Part shown: positions 20,798 through 32,743 of the stretch, piece by piece
How positions within the stretch are numbered: position 1 is the first letter of the stretch
How the letters are laid out: every line of letters begins with the position of its first letter
NCBI GenBank assembly: GCA_963789265.1
Contig: CAWBKB010000006.1
Span: 401,393-465,392, forward strand
Direction of reading: 5' to 3'
DNA: 64,000 bases
Source: an uncultured delta proteobacterium
GTDB lineage: Bacteria > Desulfobacterota > Desulfomonilia > Desulfomonilales > Desulfomonilaceae
Position numbers and translations under genes: made by a program
Notes under the pieces: generated by a model
Databases searched by the model: none
The model's input: the letters and a program-made list of their open reading frames with translations, nothing else
What the model was told of the DNA's origin: nothing

Positions 20798-20813
20798 TGG
20801 CACACACTTCGCA
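20798..20813 (+). promoter_or_regulatory. sigma54 -24/-12 promoter
   Basis: TGGCACACACTTCGCA with correct GG/GC spacing. Confidence 0.65.
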
Positions 20814-20967
20814 ATGTTCCGCGCCAAAAGGGGCCTCGACATCGGAAGAGTCGGCCGGGGCGGACCAACGCCTCTGACTGCACGCGCATAGAGTTTCGAG
20901 TGAGCAATTACTGAGGTGAAGTCCCCCGAGGTCTTCAGCGTCGAGCCTATATTGTGGGCCCAGGTGA

Positions 20968-21227
20968 ATGATGAATCAGATCTTTACGACTGATACTATA
21001 TTGCTATCAAGAAAACAGGCGGCAGGCGTAGCCTTTTCCAAGGACGAGAAGCTCGGTACGCTGAAAACAGTTAACGGGCTTGGAATCCGTGAAATTGAGT
21101 GCGGTATTTCGGCTACGGGAGATGAAAATCGGCATGCCGTCATGAGCATTATGAAACTGGGGCTCTCCGCACAATTATGACGTGGAACCGAGCCGTTATT
21201 TCACATGTCGAGGCATCCCTTGGTTGA
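20968..21227 (+). pseudogene. nifV: homocitrate synthase (nifV) N-terminal remnant
   Basis: DTILLSRKQAAGVAFSKDEK...IREIECG, then after a frameshift MTWNRAVISHVEASLG*; the DTTLRDGEQ motif is eroded. Confidence 0.72.
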
Positions 21228-21236
21228 GGCTTCTCT

Positions 21237-22791
21237 ATGGTGAACGAGATGGACACAAAGGTAAATCAACTCGAATTAAAGGTCTTATACGACATAAGTC
21301 AGATCATCGGCCAGGCCCTGAATCTGGATCAAACTCTGGAAATAATCCTTGGGATTTTGTCCGAATATCTATCAATGAACAGGGCCACGATCACGCTGAA
21401 GGATGAGGAACAGGGCTTTCTCTCGATCAGAGCCTCCCACGGATTGCGGCCCAAAGAGAAGAAAAGGGGAGTTTACCGCCTTGATGAGGGGGTGACCGGG
21501 CTTATATTCCGAACCGCAGAGCCGGTTGTGGTCCCCGACATTAGCAAGGAGCCTCTCTTCCTAAATAAAACCGGCTCTAGGAAGATCGAGAAGGGGCAAA
21601 TATCTTTTATTGGGGTGCCAATCGGTACTGAACGGCAGGGCCGTGGGTGTCCTGAGCGTTGACCGCCTTTTCGGAGAAGACGTCTCCTTTGAGGAAGACA
21701 TCCGGTTCCTGACTATTCTGGCCGCGTTTGTGGCTCAGCTTGTCAGTCTGAACGATCAGGTGAAGGTCAGGGAAGAGAATCTGATAAAGGCCAATCTGTC
21801 CCTGAAGGCGGAACTCTCAGAGAAGAGCAAGAATTTCTTCGCGGTGGGAACAAGCCCGACAATGTTCGAGGCACAACAGTTGATCAGGAAAGTGGCCCCC
21901 ACCAAGGCCACCGTTCTTCTCCTGGGAGAATCGGGCACTGGGAAGACCCTGGTCGCCCGGATCATCCATGAGTTGAGCAGCAGGGCACGCTCTTCATTCA
22001 TAAAGGTTAACTCCGCGGCGATTCCTGATAATCTTCTCGAGTCTGAGCTCTTCGGTTACGAGAAGGGTGCGTTCACCGGAGCCGTTGAATCAAAACTGGG
22101 CCGGGTTGAAGAAGCTGACGGCGGAACGATCTTCCTTGATGAAATAGGCGAACTCCCCATGCCTCTGCAGGTGAAGCTCTTGAGGTTTCTCCAGGACCGT
22201 GAATTCGAGCGCCTGGGAAGCACGAAGACGAGAACGGTGGATGTCAGGATTGTGGCAGCCACGAACAGGGACCTCAGCGGGGCAGCGGCTGACGGATCGT
22301 TTCGTGAAGACCTTTATTACAGGTTGAATGTATTTCCCATCAGAGTGCCGCCTCTCCGCGAGAGGAAAGAGGACATAATTCCCCTAATCAATTTCTTTTG
22401 CGCCAAAATTTGCCGGGAGTACGGGTCGGGGCTCCAATTCACAAACTCGGCTCTCGATGCACTTGTAAGGTATTCCTGGCCCGGCAATGTGCGCGAAATG
22501 GAAAACTTGATTGAACGACTGGCCATAATATTCGATGAGGCCGTCATAGATCTCATGGACCTGTCGCCGTACCTGGTGCACGTGGAGAAAGAGCAGCAGA
22601 TACCGAATCGGAAGCTACTGGGTTCGCTCCGGGAAAGAGAAAGACAGGAAGTGCTGGACTCCCTGGAGCGAAACGACTGGGTCCAGTCTCACGCGGCACA
22701 GGAACTTGGCATAACATTAAGACAGATGGGCTACCGAGTGAAGAAATTCGGCCTGGAAGAATTTGTTAAGCAAAAGAAAGGTGCGGGGTAA
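21237..22791 (+). CDS. nifA: NifA-like GAF-AAA-HTH sigma54 activator, +1 frameshift at about 21624
   Basis: GAF domain, GESGTGKT, ESELFGYEKGAFTGA, FLDEIG and WPGNVRE; removing one G joins GVPI to VLNGRAVGVL. Confidence 0.85.
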
Positions 22792-23107
22792 AGCCCGATC
22801 ACGTTTGGGCGGCGGCCTCTACGAGAAAATGGCGGGATCGATGTCTTCAGGATAGCTGTATACCTTAATCCCAAGCCTATCGGCCAGCAACTGAGCCTTT
22901 GCGTCAACCATTGGAGAAATCACTATTAGCTGCGTTGCTTTTGTATTATGCTTCCCTTCGTAAAATCTGACTCATCTTCGACAGTGCCCCAAAATGGAGC
23001 ACTGTCGCAGATGAGCAAGATGGGGGCGGCAATGGGCGGGGAGAAAAGATGAGACCTTTCCGAACAGAGGGGACCTTTTACGAGAAAAGTCCCCACCGCT
23101 CACATCC

Positions 23108-24380
23108 TCATCCGCAGCCGTCGCCGCTCCCCGAGCAGCCTGCCGCCTTGCCGCAGCCGTTTCCGCGACCTTTGAGGACCGCAGTGTCCCCACCTTTGTA
23201 GATAGCATCCAGTCCCGCTTGAATGAATCCGGTCATCTGCACGGGCAGGATTTCGCACTCGGTGAGCACCTGCTCCGGAGTCTCCCCAATGCCGCTCACC
23301 AGAATTGCACGACAGTCATGCAAGACCTCTGCAAGAGCGTACCATCTATTTACGCCTGTGCCCGGTTCCGGAGCTTTTCGTTCTTCCACCGGAGCATATC
23401 CCTCGTCTGAAGGCTCCCATATCTGAAAATGTTGCGCTTCCCCGAGGTGCATATTGACGAGCACCCCTTCCATTGTTGCGACAGCCACATAAGGCTTGCC
23501 GTCCGTGCGAATGGAGTGCGTATTGGAGCAATCCGACAGGCATCCTCTGAATTCCGAGGAGCGGTCATCGTCCAACAGCCCCACAGCGTCGGCCCGACAT
23601 CTGGTACAATGTTTCATCTGAGGGATAATCTTCTCAGCCTCGATTCGTACCGAGGCCATCAGTTCCGGGGTTGGCTCGCCGATCTCACCGAACGGTGTTC
23701 CCGCGTTCGGGTACATGGTCATGCAGTTCTGGATATCAACCCCGAGTTCTGCCATCTTGCGAGCAACCGCGGCCACATGCCCGTCGTTGATGCCGGGAAT
23801 GACAATGGTGTTCACCTTCACCACAATGCCGTGAGCCTTCAAGGCCGTTATTGCTTCGAGCTGGCGTTTCAGCAGCAGTCTTGCGGCAGCGATTCCCCGA
23901 TAAATCACTTTGCCGTCACGAACCCAACTGTAGATTCGCGCACCTATTTCCGGGTCCACTGCATTCACGGTCATGGTGACGTGGGAGACGTTCAGCTCTG
24001 CCAGTTCGCTGATGTAAGGGCCGATGTTCAGCCCGTTCGTCGCCAAACAAAGGAGCAGATCCGGAAAGCCCGCTCTGATGAGGCGCAATGTTTCCATCGT
24101 AGATTTTGGCTTCGCGAAGGCATCGCCTGGCCCCGCGATTCCGGCCACGGTTATACTGGGGGCCTTTTCCAGAACTCGTTCCAAATAGAGCACAGCCTGG
24201 TCCGGGGTGAGCACTGAGCTTGTCACACCGGGTCTGCTTTCGTTGACGCAGTCTGTACTTCCGATTGCAGTAATTGCACTTGATGTTGCAATCCGGAGCT
24301 ACAGGAAGGTGAACTCGACCACATTTGCCCTTTGCGTGCGCATTGAAACAGGGGTGATTGTTTATATCCAGCCCGCTCAT
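23108..24380 (-). CDS. nifB: FeMo-co biosynthesis radical SAM protein NifB with a NifX-like domain, +1 frameshift at about 24254
   Basis: HPCF and HLPVAPDCNIKCNYCNRKY, then DCVNESRPG in the shifted frame; AGPGD and HCTRCRADA. Confidence 0.92.
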
Positions 24381-24392
24381 TGTCTTATTCCT

Positions 24393-25772
24393 TTATATAT
24401 AGGAGTAGCCTATTGGCGAATGTGCTTGTTTTGCCGCTATGACGGTGTTTACGACGTTGTCGAAAAGCGACTGGGCCCCGCGATATCCCAGGTGCAGGGT
24501 CCTGTGGCCGCCAAAACGGTCGTGGATCGGAAAACCCACCCGAATGAGCGGGATTCCCCATTTCTTTGCAAGATGGTAGCCTTTGCTGTTTCCTATGATC
24601 AGATCGGGTTCCAGCGCCTCAGCTTCTTCCGCGATGTCGAAAAAGTCGACTCCTCCGCGAACCAGCGGCGGTTCCGGGAGCAATCCTTCAACAACCTCCG
24701 TGATGGCTTGCTCGAAACTACCGCTTCTACCTCCTGATGCGCAGAGGACAGGTCTCACGCCTATTTCAGCAAGAAACGAGGTCAGGCCCACGACAAGGTC
24801 TTCTTCGCCGTAAACTATGGCTTTTTTGTCAAACACGTACTTGTGACCGTCCACATACGCGTCAATCAATCTGCCTCGTTCTTGGGCATGCTTTTCCGGA
24901 ATCCCGCGGCCGGATAAATCTTCCAATATTTCAAAAAAGAGATCTGTTTCTCGCAGGCCGACAGGCATGCCCAGCGAATGAAGACGGACCCCAAAACGTT
25001 CCTCGAGTAATCTCCCGGCGGTTTGTTGAGCGAATAGAGTGCGGCCGAATTCTATGGCAGCTCTGCCGCCGCCCATAGCCCTGATTTGGGAAATAGGGGT
25101 GCCGCCGGAAGGGAGCTTCTCGTACTCCTTTAGGGCCGGCCCATCCAGGGTGAGCGATATGTCGGGGAGGATCGTTTCTTGAAGCGCGAAATCCTCGATA
25201 ATTTCTTTCAAATAGCGGATGTCCGCGGGAGAAACGAATCCGGGAAAGAGACTGATCCCACGATGTGGCTCGGCCTCTTCGACAAGCTGGGCAACGACCG
25301 ATTTGATGGCGGCATGAAACCCTTCAATATGCGTGCCCGTGTAACTGGGCGTGGATACATTTACCAGGGCGGGTGAACCATGAGCTTCCATCTCCCGGGC
25401 AAAGTCCCTGCGAAATTCGCTGATCAGCGTGGGAACATCGTCGCCGATGGTTTCGGTAAGACACGTTGTAGCGATCCCGATCATAGCGGTGTCATATTTG
25501 GACATCACGTTCTTCAGCCCCAGTTTCAGATTCGGGCCGCCGCCAAACACAGCATGCTTCTCGCCCAAAGACGACGAGGCAATGTCCATCGGCTCTCGGA
25601 AATGGCTGATAATATAACGCCTCATATAAGTGGCGCAGCCCTGAGAGCCGTGGAGAAACGGGATGGCACCTTCTATGCCTCGAAAGGCCAGGCAAGCGCC
25701 AAGCGGTTTGCACAGTTTGCAGGCGTTCGTCGTAGAAACATAAGGCTCAGATTGTTTAAGGGCTGATTTCAT
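24393..25772 (-). CDS. nifN: nitrogenase FeMo-co scaffold subunit NifN
   Basis: Motifs NACKLCKPLGA, HGSQGCATYMRRY and GFPIHDR. Confidence 0.93.
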   Translation of the reverse strand: MKSALKQSEPYVSTTNACKLCKPLGACLAFRGIEGAIPFLHGSQGCATYMRRYIISHFREPMDIASSSLGEKHAVFGGGPNLKLGLKNVMSKYDTAMIGIATTCLTETIGDDVPTLISEFRRDFAREMEAHGSPALVNVSTPSYTGTHIEGFHAAIKSVVAQLVEEAEPHRGISLFPGFVSPADIRYLKEIIEDFALQETILPDISLTLDGPALKEYEKLPSGGTPISQIRAMGGGRAAIEFGRTLFAQQTAGRLLEERFGVRLHSLGMPVGLRETDLFFEILEDLSGRGIPEKHAQERGRLIDAYVDGHKYVFDKKAIVYGEEDLVVGLTSFLAEIGVRPVLCASGGRSGSFEQAITEVVEGLLPEPPLVRGGVDFFDIAEEAEALEPDLIIGNSKGYHLAKKWGIPLIRVGFPIHDRFGGHRTLHLGYRGAQSLFDNVVNTVIAAKQAHSPIGYSYI

Positions 25773-25782
25773 GGTCTCGACC

Positions 25783-27180
25783 TCACCGATTGCTCACGCT
25801 GCTCAAACAGGCAGGCGTTTGAAGCGATCCGGTTACTTCTTTTCGGGGCACGAACCGCCACACCGGGCTCATGACCGTCGAGTAGACTTCTTTGGCGAAG
25901 TTGAGCATTCCTACAAATCCTTCGAGGGCTTCTTTGCGCTCGTGATTGTGGTCGCAAAACCCGACGCCCAGCTTATAGGCAATGGGACGTTCTTTTACCC
26001 CTCCCACAAAGATGTCCACATCCTTCTCTTGTAGAAATGCCGACAATTCCAGCGGGTTGGAATCATCCACTATGATCGTACCTTCGTCAGTGATCTCGTG
26101 GAGTTCGCGGTAGTCTTCTTCTGTTCCCGTTTGGGAGCCGACCAGCACTACGTCCATCCCAAGGAGCCTGAAAGCCTTCACCAGGGAAAAAGCTTTGAAA
26201 GCCCCACCAACGTAGATTGCCGCCTTTTTGCCTGTCAAAGACCCGCGGTATTTTTCCAGAGCCGGGAGCAGAGCTTTCAACTCGGTTCTGACCAGATCCG
26301 CGGTCCGGTTCATTATTTCCGGGTCAATGTCAGCGAAAAGGCGTGCCACGTTGTACAGTGAGTCAGCCATGTCTTCCACCCCGAAGTACGAAACACGTAT
26401 AAATGGAGTGCCGTATTTCTCCTTCATCATCTTGGCCAGGTCCATTGTGGAGCCCGAGCACTGGACAACGTTCAATGCGGCTCCGTGTGCCCGTTGGATA
26501 TCATCCACTCGGCCGTCGCCGGTGATGTTCGCGACCACCTGAATACCCATTCTGGTGAAGTATTCGCGTATGATCCAGATTTCACCGGCAAGATTGAAGT
26601 CACCGAGGATGTTGAGACTCACCGGACCGATCCCGCTGGTGTCGCCGGTCCCTACCAGCTTGAACATAGCCTTGCACGCGGCGTTGTAGCCTTCCCGCTT
26701 GTTCCCCTTGAAGCCTTCGGATTGAACCGGAATGACGGGAATACCCTTTTCCCGCTCAACCCGCCGGCAAACCGCTTCAATATCGTCCCCGATGATTCCC
26801 ACAATGCAAGTGGAGTAGACAAAAGCGGCTTTAGGCTCATGCCTGGCGATTAATTCTACAAGAGCTTTGTAAAGCTTTTCCTCTCCACCGAAAATGACAT
26901 CACGCTCTTGCAGGTCTGTTGAAAAGCTCAGTCGATGAAGCTCCGGGCCTGAAGAAAGGGCCCCTCGAATGTCCCAGGTGTAGGCTGCGCATCCTATAGG
27001 GCCGTGAACCAAATGCAGAGCGTCTGCAATGGGGTACAAGACTACTCTGGACCCGCAGAATACACAGGCCCGCTGACTCACTGCGCCGGCGAGACTTTCT
27101 TTGTCACACGATATGTGAAAGGGTTGCTCGCCTTTGCGATGTATCTGATCCTGTCTTTCGGCGAAAATTGGGGTTGTCAT
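25783..27180 (-). CDS. nifE: nitrogenase FeMo-co scaffold subunit NifE
   Basis: Motifs SQRACVFCG, HGPIGC and NVVQCS. Confidence 0.95.
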   Translation of the reverse strand: MTTPIFAERQDQIHRKGEQPFHISCDKESLAGAVSQRACVFCGSRVVLYPIADALHLVHGPIGCAAYTWDIRGALSSGPELHRLSFSTDLQERDVIFGGEEKLYKALVELIARHEPKAAFVYSTCIVGIIGDDIEAVCRRVEREKGIPVIPVQSEGFKGNKREGYNAACKAMFKLVGTGDTSGIGPVSLNILGDFNLAGEIWIIREYFTRMGIQVVANITGDGRVDDIQRAHGAALNVVQCSGSTMDLAKMMKEKYGTPFIRVSYFGVEDMADSLYNVARLFADIDPEIMNRTADLVRTELKALLPALEKYRGSLTGKKAAIYVGGAFKAFSLVKAFRLLGMDVVLVGSQTGTEEDYRELHEITDEGTIIVDDSNPLELSAFLQEKDVDIFVGGVKERPIAYKLGVGFCDHNHERKEALEGFVGMLNFAKEVYSTVMSPVWRFVPRKEVTGSLQTPACLSSVSNR

Positions 27181-27198
27181 TGATCTAATCCCGTTGAG

Positions 27199-27420
27199 CT
27201 AGGAAGGGTGGGCCATGCCCACCGCCGTTCCGAATAGGTGGCGACCATGAACTTGTATCGGTAGGACAGGCATCCTGGTGTCGTCATGCCCGCGTACGCG
27301 GGCATCCAGTAGGACCGGCCTCCGCGCCGGTTGTTCGCGAGTCGCCGGCGCGGAGGCCGGCTCTACCTTCGGATCGGCGCCCTGGGTGACGAATGACAGG
27401 CAGGATGCCTGTCCCACCTC
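27199..27420. repeat. nested REP-like palindromes inside the nif cluster
   Basis: ggtgggccatgcccacc; gtaggacaggcatcctg...caggatgcctgtcccac; gtaggaccggcctccgcgccgg...ccggcgcggaggccggctctac; atgcccgcgtacgcgggcat. Confidence 0.75.
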
Positions 27421-27444
27421 TTCTGTCCGGCGTCCACGGTCCTC

Positions 27445-27747
27445 TCACGTCAGCAGATACTTTTCCGCGGGTTCTCCGGCCTCAAGCGCATCCAAGATCT
27501 CATCCACCGCTTCTTCGCTGGTAATGCCGCGGTACCAATAAGCTTGGGGATAGATAACCATCACCGGCCCTTCTTCACAGAGGTTTAGGCAGCCAGTGGT
27601 GGACACCATCGCGTTTAAACCACGATCGGCAAGTTCTTCTTCCAGATGGGGGATTAGCTGAAGCGATTCCTTCTTGATACATTTCCCTTTCGCTTCAGTG
27701 CCTCGAAAACTAGCGCAGACGAAAATATGATGATCCGGTTTTTGCAT
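27445..27747 (-). CDS. thioredoxin-like [2Fe-2S] ferredoxin
   Basis: HIFVC...GKC...STTGCLNLCEEGPVMVIYP. Confidence 0.88.
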   Translation of the reverse strand: MQKPDHHIFVCASFRGTEAKGKCIKKESLQLIPHLEEELADRGLNAMVSTTGCLNLCEEGPVMVIYPQAYWYRGITSEEAVDEILDALEAGEPAEKYLLT

Positions 27748-27890
27748 TGCTATTTTCCTTCTTCTTGGCCCCTGTCGGAGCTCCATGTTTGATTATGTGG
27801 AGCAGCACGGCGAATGTGCTTGCTATTTCTTTATTTCCGGTGTCAGGTTTCACGTGGCTGTGATGCGTCAGGCATCGGTCCTCATCCGTC

Positions 27891-29267
27891 CTACATCACC
27901 AGTTCAAAACTCTCTTCCGGAGCATCCCGATCCTGCCGCTCCAACACGACATCCAGGATCTTTTCCAGAAGGCGCATGCCGCCGCGGTAGCCGACGGTCG
28001 GGAAATAACTGTGGCCTATGCGGTCCAGGATAGGAAAGCCGAATCGCACCAGCGGGATGTCTTCATCTCGGGCGATGTACTTCATGTAGGTGTTGCCCAT
28101 AAGCAAATCCACCGGCTCGTTCTTGATCCATTGGTGCAGGAGGAACATATCGCCTGGAGCGCTCACATTCACCGGATGCGGCACGTTTCGCGTGATCTCG
28201 TGAATTCGAGCTTCGAATTCCTTGCCCGTTGTGCCGGTCACGATATGGATCGGCCACATGTCAATGGAGACCAGGAATTCGGTTAAAGCGATGAGCTGAT
28301 CGGGATCGCCTGCCAGCGCCACTTTCCTCCCGTAGAAATACTGGTGCATATCGGTGATGATATCCATCAATTGGCCACGTTCCTCATTGAGCATGTCCGG
28401 GACATTGATTCCCGCGGCCTTCCTAAGCGTATCCACAAACCGGTCTGTGGCTTTGAAGCCGATTGGCAGGTCGAGGATTTCGCAGGGAACCTTGCATTTG
28501 GTGTCCAGTGCCCGTGCGGCCAACCCTGACGCCATCCGCCCGAGCGCGATGGTGGCCAGGCTGTCTCCGGTGCTCATTAGCGCTTCCACGGTTACGCCCC
28601 CTTTGGGGAACATTTCGTACTTGCCGGTCTGAGGGCGGTTCAGCACCCTGGATGTGTCGGGAAACACAACCGTGCGGACGCCCATCATGTCGGCAATGCG
28701 TTTGATCTCCTCCATGTCCGATGGTTCGACGTAACCCGGGATAATGTTTATCTGTTCGATCCTTTTGCCGGTGGACTGTGCAAAGTAATCCACCATGGCC
28801 CTGGTCATGCCTGCAAACCCGGTCACATGCGTGCCCACGTAACTGGGTGTGTTCACGTGGATGACGTATTTGCCCTTGGGAATTTTGCCGTCCGCTTCAG
28901 CTTTGCGCGCGATCTGGGGAATGTCATCACCGATGGTTTCGGACAAACAGGTCGTATGCACCGCGATGACGTCCGGTTCGTAAATGGTAAAGATGTTGTC
29001 GATCGCCTGTACCAGGTTGGCCTGCCCGCCGAACACCGATGCTCCTTCCGTGAACGAACTGGTCGCTGCCATTACCGGTTCTTTGTAATGGCGTGTGAGA
29101 GTGCTTCGATGGTAGGCGCAGCAACCTTGCGAACCGTGACTGTGCGGCAGACAGTTATGGATGCCCAAAGCAGCGTACATGGCGCCGATCGGTTGGCAGG
29201 TCTTGGCCGGGTTTACGGTCAAGGCTTTGCGTTTGTTGATTTCTTTTGGAGTATGTCGCAGTAGCAT
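27891..29267 (-). CDS. nifK: nitrogenase MoFe protein beta chain
   Basis: Motifs NPAKTCQPIGA, HGSQGCC and TTCLSETIGDD. Confidence 0.97.
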   Translation of the reverse strand: MLLRHTPKEINKRKALTVNPAKTCQPIGAMYAALGIHNCLPHSHGSQGCCAYHRSTLTRHYKEPVMAATSSFTEGASVFGGQANLVQAIDNIFTIYEPDVIAVHTTCLSETIGDDIPQIARKAEADGKIPKGKYVIHVNTPSYVGTHVTGFAGMTRAMVDYFAQSTGKRIEQINIIPGYVEPSDMEEIKRIADMMGVRTVVFPDTSRVLNRPQTGKYEMFPKGGVTVEALMSTGDSLATIALGRMASGLAARALDTKCKVPCEILDLPIGFKATDRFVDTLRKAAGINVPDMLNEERGQLMDIITDMHQYFYGRKVALAGDPDQLIALTEFLVSIDMWPIHIVTGTTGKEFEARIHEITRNVPHPVNVSAPGDMFLLHQWIKNEPVDLLMGNTYMKYIARDEDIPLVRFGFPILDRIGHSYFPTVGYRGGMRLLEKILDVVLERQDRDAPEESFELVM

Positions 29268-29290
29268 GTGTTCGTTCCTTCCTCCAGGGC

Positions 29291-30946
29291 TCAATCGCAG
29301 CCGTATTTAGCTGCCAATTCGGGGCTTTCCTGCCAGGGCGCTTTCAGATATTTCCAGACCTGGCTGTTGACCATACGGTCAATCTCCCGGTAGAAATTCA
29401 TTGCCCCTCTGAAGCCGGCATAAGGGCCGCCGGAATCGTAGCTATGGAGCTGTTTCATGGGTATGCCCTTCTTTTGTATGGCGAATTTTTCCTTGATGCC
29501 CGCACAAAAAATGGCTGGTTTGTAAATGTCAATGAGCCGCTCCGACTCGTACTGGCTGATGTCGTCGATGACCAGGGTCTTTGCCGCCATCTCACGCATC
29601 ATGCCGTCGTAGTCCTTAAACCGGAATCCTTTCTCCTTGAGCCTCGCCAATTCCTCTTCAGTTTTGCGCGGCCGAAACTTTTCCGGATCGGGATGAACTT
29701 CCAATTCCTCGATGTTACGGCTGTCTGCATCGACCTTGAGAGTCGGCAGCACGTGGCGGCCTTCGTAGTCGTCACGGTGGGCGAATTCGTAGCCCGCGCA
29801 AATTGTCTCCATGCCGATTTCCCGAAAAAGCTCCTGGTAGTGGTGGGCTCTGGAACCACCCACGAACAGCATGGCCAGCTTCCCTTCGCAGCGAGGCCGC
29901 ACTTCATCACGAACCTTGATCACTTCCGGCATTTCTCGGGCAATGACCGCTTCGACGCGCTCGCTCAGTTCCGGATCGTCAAAATACTTGGCTATCTTGC
30001 GGAGCGATTTTGATGCCGCTTCAGCCCCGATAAAGTTGATTTTGATCCACGGGATCCCGTACTTTACCTCCATCATTTCCGCCACATAGTTAATGGAACG
30101 GTGGCACATGATGGTGTTGAGATCGGCAGTGTGTGCGTTCGAAAATTGGTCGTACGTGGAATTGCCGCTGAAGGTCGACACGACAGTGATTCCGCAGTCA
30201 TTAAGGATGCGGTCCAGTTCGAAGGCGTCGCCACCTATATTGTATTCACCGAGCAAGTTGATCTTGTATTTGCCTTCCTTGACCTTGTCATTCAGACCTA
30301 CGACGTGTGTGAAGATGCCGTTGTTGGCAATGTGGTGCCCGGCGGACTGGCTCACGCCCTTGTATCCCTCGCAACTGAACGCGAAAACATTAATCCCGAG
30401 CTTTTCTTTCATTTCTCTTGCTACCGAATGGACGTCGTCACCGATGAGTCCAACCGGGCAGGTAGCGAAGACGCTGATGGCCTTGGGTTTGAAAAGATCG
30501 TAGGCTTCCTGTATGGCCGCACGCAGTTTTTTCTCGCCTCCGAAGACGATGTCTTCTTCCTGCATGTCGGTGGAAAAGCAGTACGTCATAAAATTCTCAT
30601 CGTTCGGTCCGTTTGTTCGCGTCTGATTGCGGCGTGTCAACCAGCTATAAAAGCCGCAACCTATGGGCCCGTGCGTAATGTTGACTATGTCACGGGTTGG
30701 ACCCAGGATAACTCCCTTACAACCCGCGTAGGTGCAACCACGTTGAGTGATAATGCCGGGAATGGTGCGAGTGTTGGCACCGATTTCGGGCACATCCTGC
30801 TCTTCGCCTACTTGGTTGACGATAATTTGTTTGGCGCGCTTGCGAGCCACCTTGGTTGGAACCTTGCGCAAGAGTTCCTGCTTCACTTCCTGGGGATCAA
30901 TGGGTTCGACCCCCAAGCCGATGGTTTCATCTTTGAGTAATCTCAT
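29291..30946 (-). CDS. nifD: nitrogenase MoFe protein alpha chain
   Basis: Motifs RGCTYAG, HGPIGC, MCHRS and QLHSYD; carries the clostridial-type insertion. Confidence 0.97.
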   Translation of the reverse strand: MRLLKDETIGLGVEPIDPQEVKQELLRKVPTKVARKRAKQIIVNQVGEEQDVPEIGANTRTIPGIITQRGCTYAGCKGVILGPTRDIVNITHGPIGCGFYSWLTRRNQTRTNGPNDENFMTYCFSTDMQEEDIVFGGEKKLRAAIQEAYDLFKPKAISVFATCPVGLIGDDVHSVAREMKEKLGINVFAFSCEGYKGVSQSAGHHIANNGIFTHVVGLNDKVKEGKYKINLLGEYNIGGDAFELDRILNDCGITVVSTFSGNSTYDQFSNAHTADLNTIMCHRSINYVAEMMEVKYGIPWIKINFIGAEAASKSLRKIAKYFDDPELSERVEAVIAREMPEVIKVRDEVRPRCEGKLAMLFVGGSRAHHYQELFREIGMETICAGYEFAHRDDYEGRHVLPTLKVDADSRNIEELEVHPDPEKFRPRKTEEELARLKEKGFRFKDYDGMMREMAAKTLVIDDISQYESERLIDIYKPAIFCAGIKEKFAIQKKGIPMKQLHSYDSGGPYAGFRGAMNFYREIDRMVNSQVWKYLKAPWQESPELAAKYGCD

Positions 30947-30973
30947 GGTGTTCTCCAGTTAACAAACAACCCT

Positions 30974-31354
30974 TCACACTTCATCCAGTACGCCTTCGCC
31001 GCCTTCGCCGGTGCGCACGCTCACCGAGTCTATCGCCGGCATGACAAAGATTTTACCGTCACCGGACTTGCCGGTTTGATTGACGTCAATGATGGTTTTC
31101 ACAGTTTTTTGGACAAGCTTGTCCGGCACTACAATGAGCAGCAGGCGCTTAGGAATTAGTCGCTGGCTCTGACCGAGCTGTGCTATGGCTTCCTCGTAAC
31201 CCTTTTCCGCACCTTCCAGTAGGCTGTAATCCACTAGGCCTTTGCCCCTCCCGAGTACCTCCCTGGCGGTCATGGAGAGAATGCCCGAATCGGAAAGCGC
31301 CTTTTTGGTTCTATTCATCATGTTCATGCGGATGACCGCGATGAGTTCTTTCAT
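30974..31354 (-). CDS. nifI2: PII-family nitrogen regulator NifI2
   Basis: GRGKG and GDGKIFV; lies between nifH and nifD. Confidence 0.88.
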   Translation of the reverse strand: MKELIAVIRMNMMNRTKKALSDSGILSMTAREVLGRGKGLVDYSLLEGAEKGYEEAIAQLGQSQRLIPKRLLLIVVPDKLVQKTVKTIIDVNQTGKSGDGKIFVMPAIDSVSVRTGEGGEGVLDEV

Positions 31355-31716
31355 ATCTTTACCTCTTCGGTTTCGCCGGAGGCGCTCTCCTTGATTCCCG
31401 AACTGATGGTGTAAACTTCATCCACCGCGCTCACAAAGATCTTGCCGTCCCCGTAAGCGCCTTTGTCTCCGGTGCGTGCGGCTTTGATCACCGTCTTGAT
31501 GACGAAATCCTTGTCCGCATCGGGCACCACGGTAAGGAGCAGTTCCTTGGGGATTTCGTCGTAAGTGATTTCGCCAATCCTTATTCCGCGCTGCTTGCCG
31601 CGTCCGACGACTGACATTTTTGTCACAGCGGGAAAACCGGCTTCCATCAACGCGGCCAGGACATCGTCCACCTTTGTGGGCCTTACGATGGATCTGATCA
31701 TCAACATATCCGTCAC
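31351..31716 (-). CDS. nifI1: PII-family nitrogen regulator NifI1
   Basis: GRGKQRG..YDEIPK and GAYGDGKIFV. Confidence 0.88.
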   Translation of the reverse strand: MTDMLMIRSIVRPTKVDDVLAALMEAGFPAVTKMSVVGRGKQRGIRIGEITYDEIPKELLLTVVPDADKDFVIKTVIKAARTGDKGAYGDGKIFVSAVDEVYTISSGIKESASGETEEVKI

Positions 31717-31753
31717 CTCGTTTCCTTATTTGCGCTTCTGCCGGTCCTGCCGC

Positions 31754-32656
<903 letters not shown>

Positions 32657-32743
32657 TTAGAATGTAACAGTGCATTATTATGTGATATTTATGTCGCAGA
32701 GGTAGACGGAACGGCGAGCGAGTCATCCGATTTATTGGGCGAA

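Noticed and set aside
21237..24380. Programmed frameshifting or true inactivation of nifA and nifB
   Set aside because: No slippery sequences at the sites, and the same +1 pattern affects unrelated genes, which favours sequencing error.
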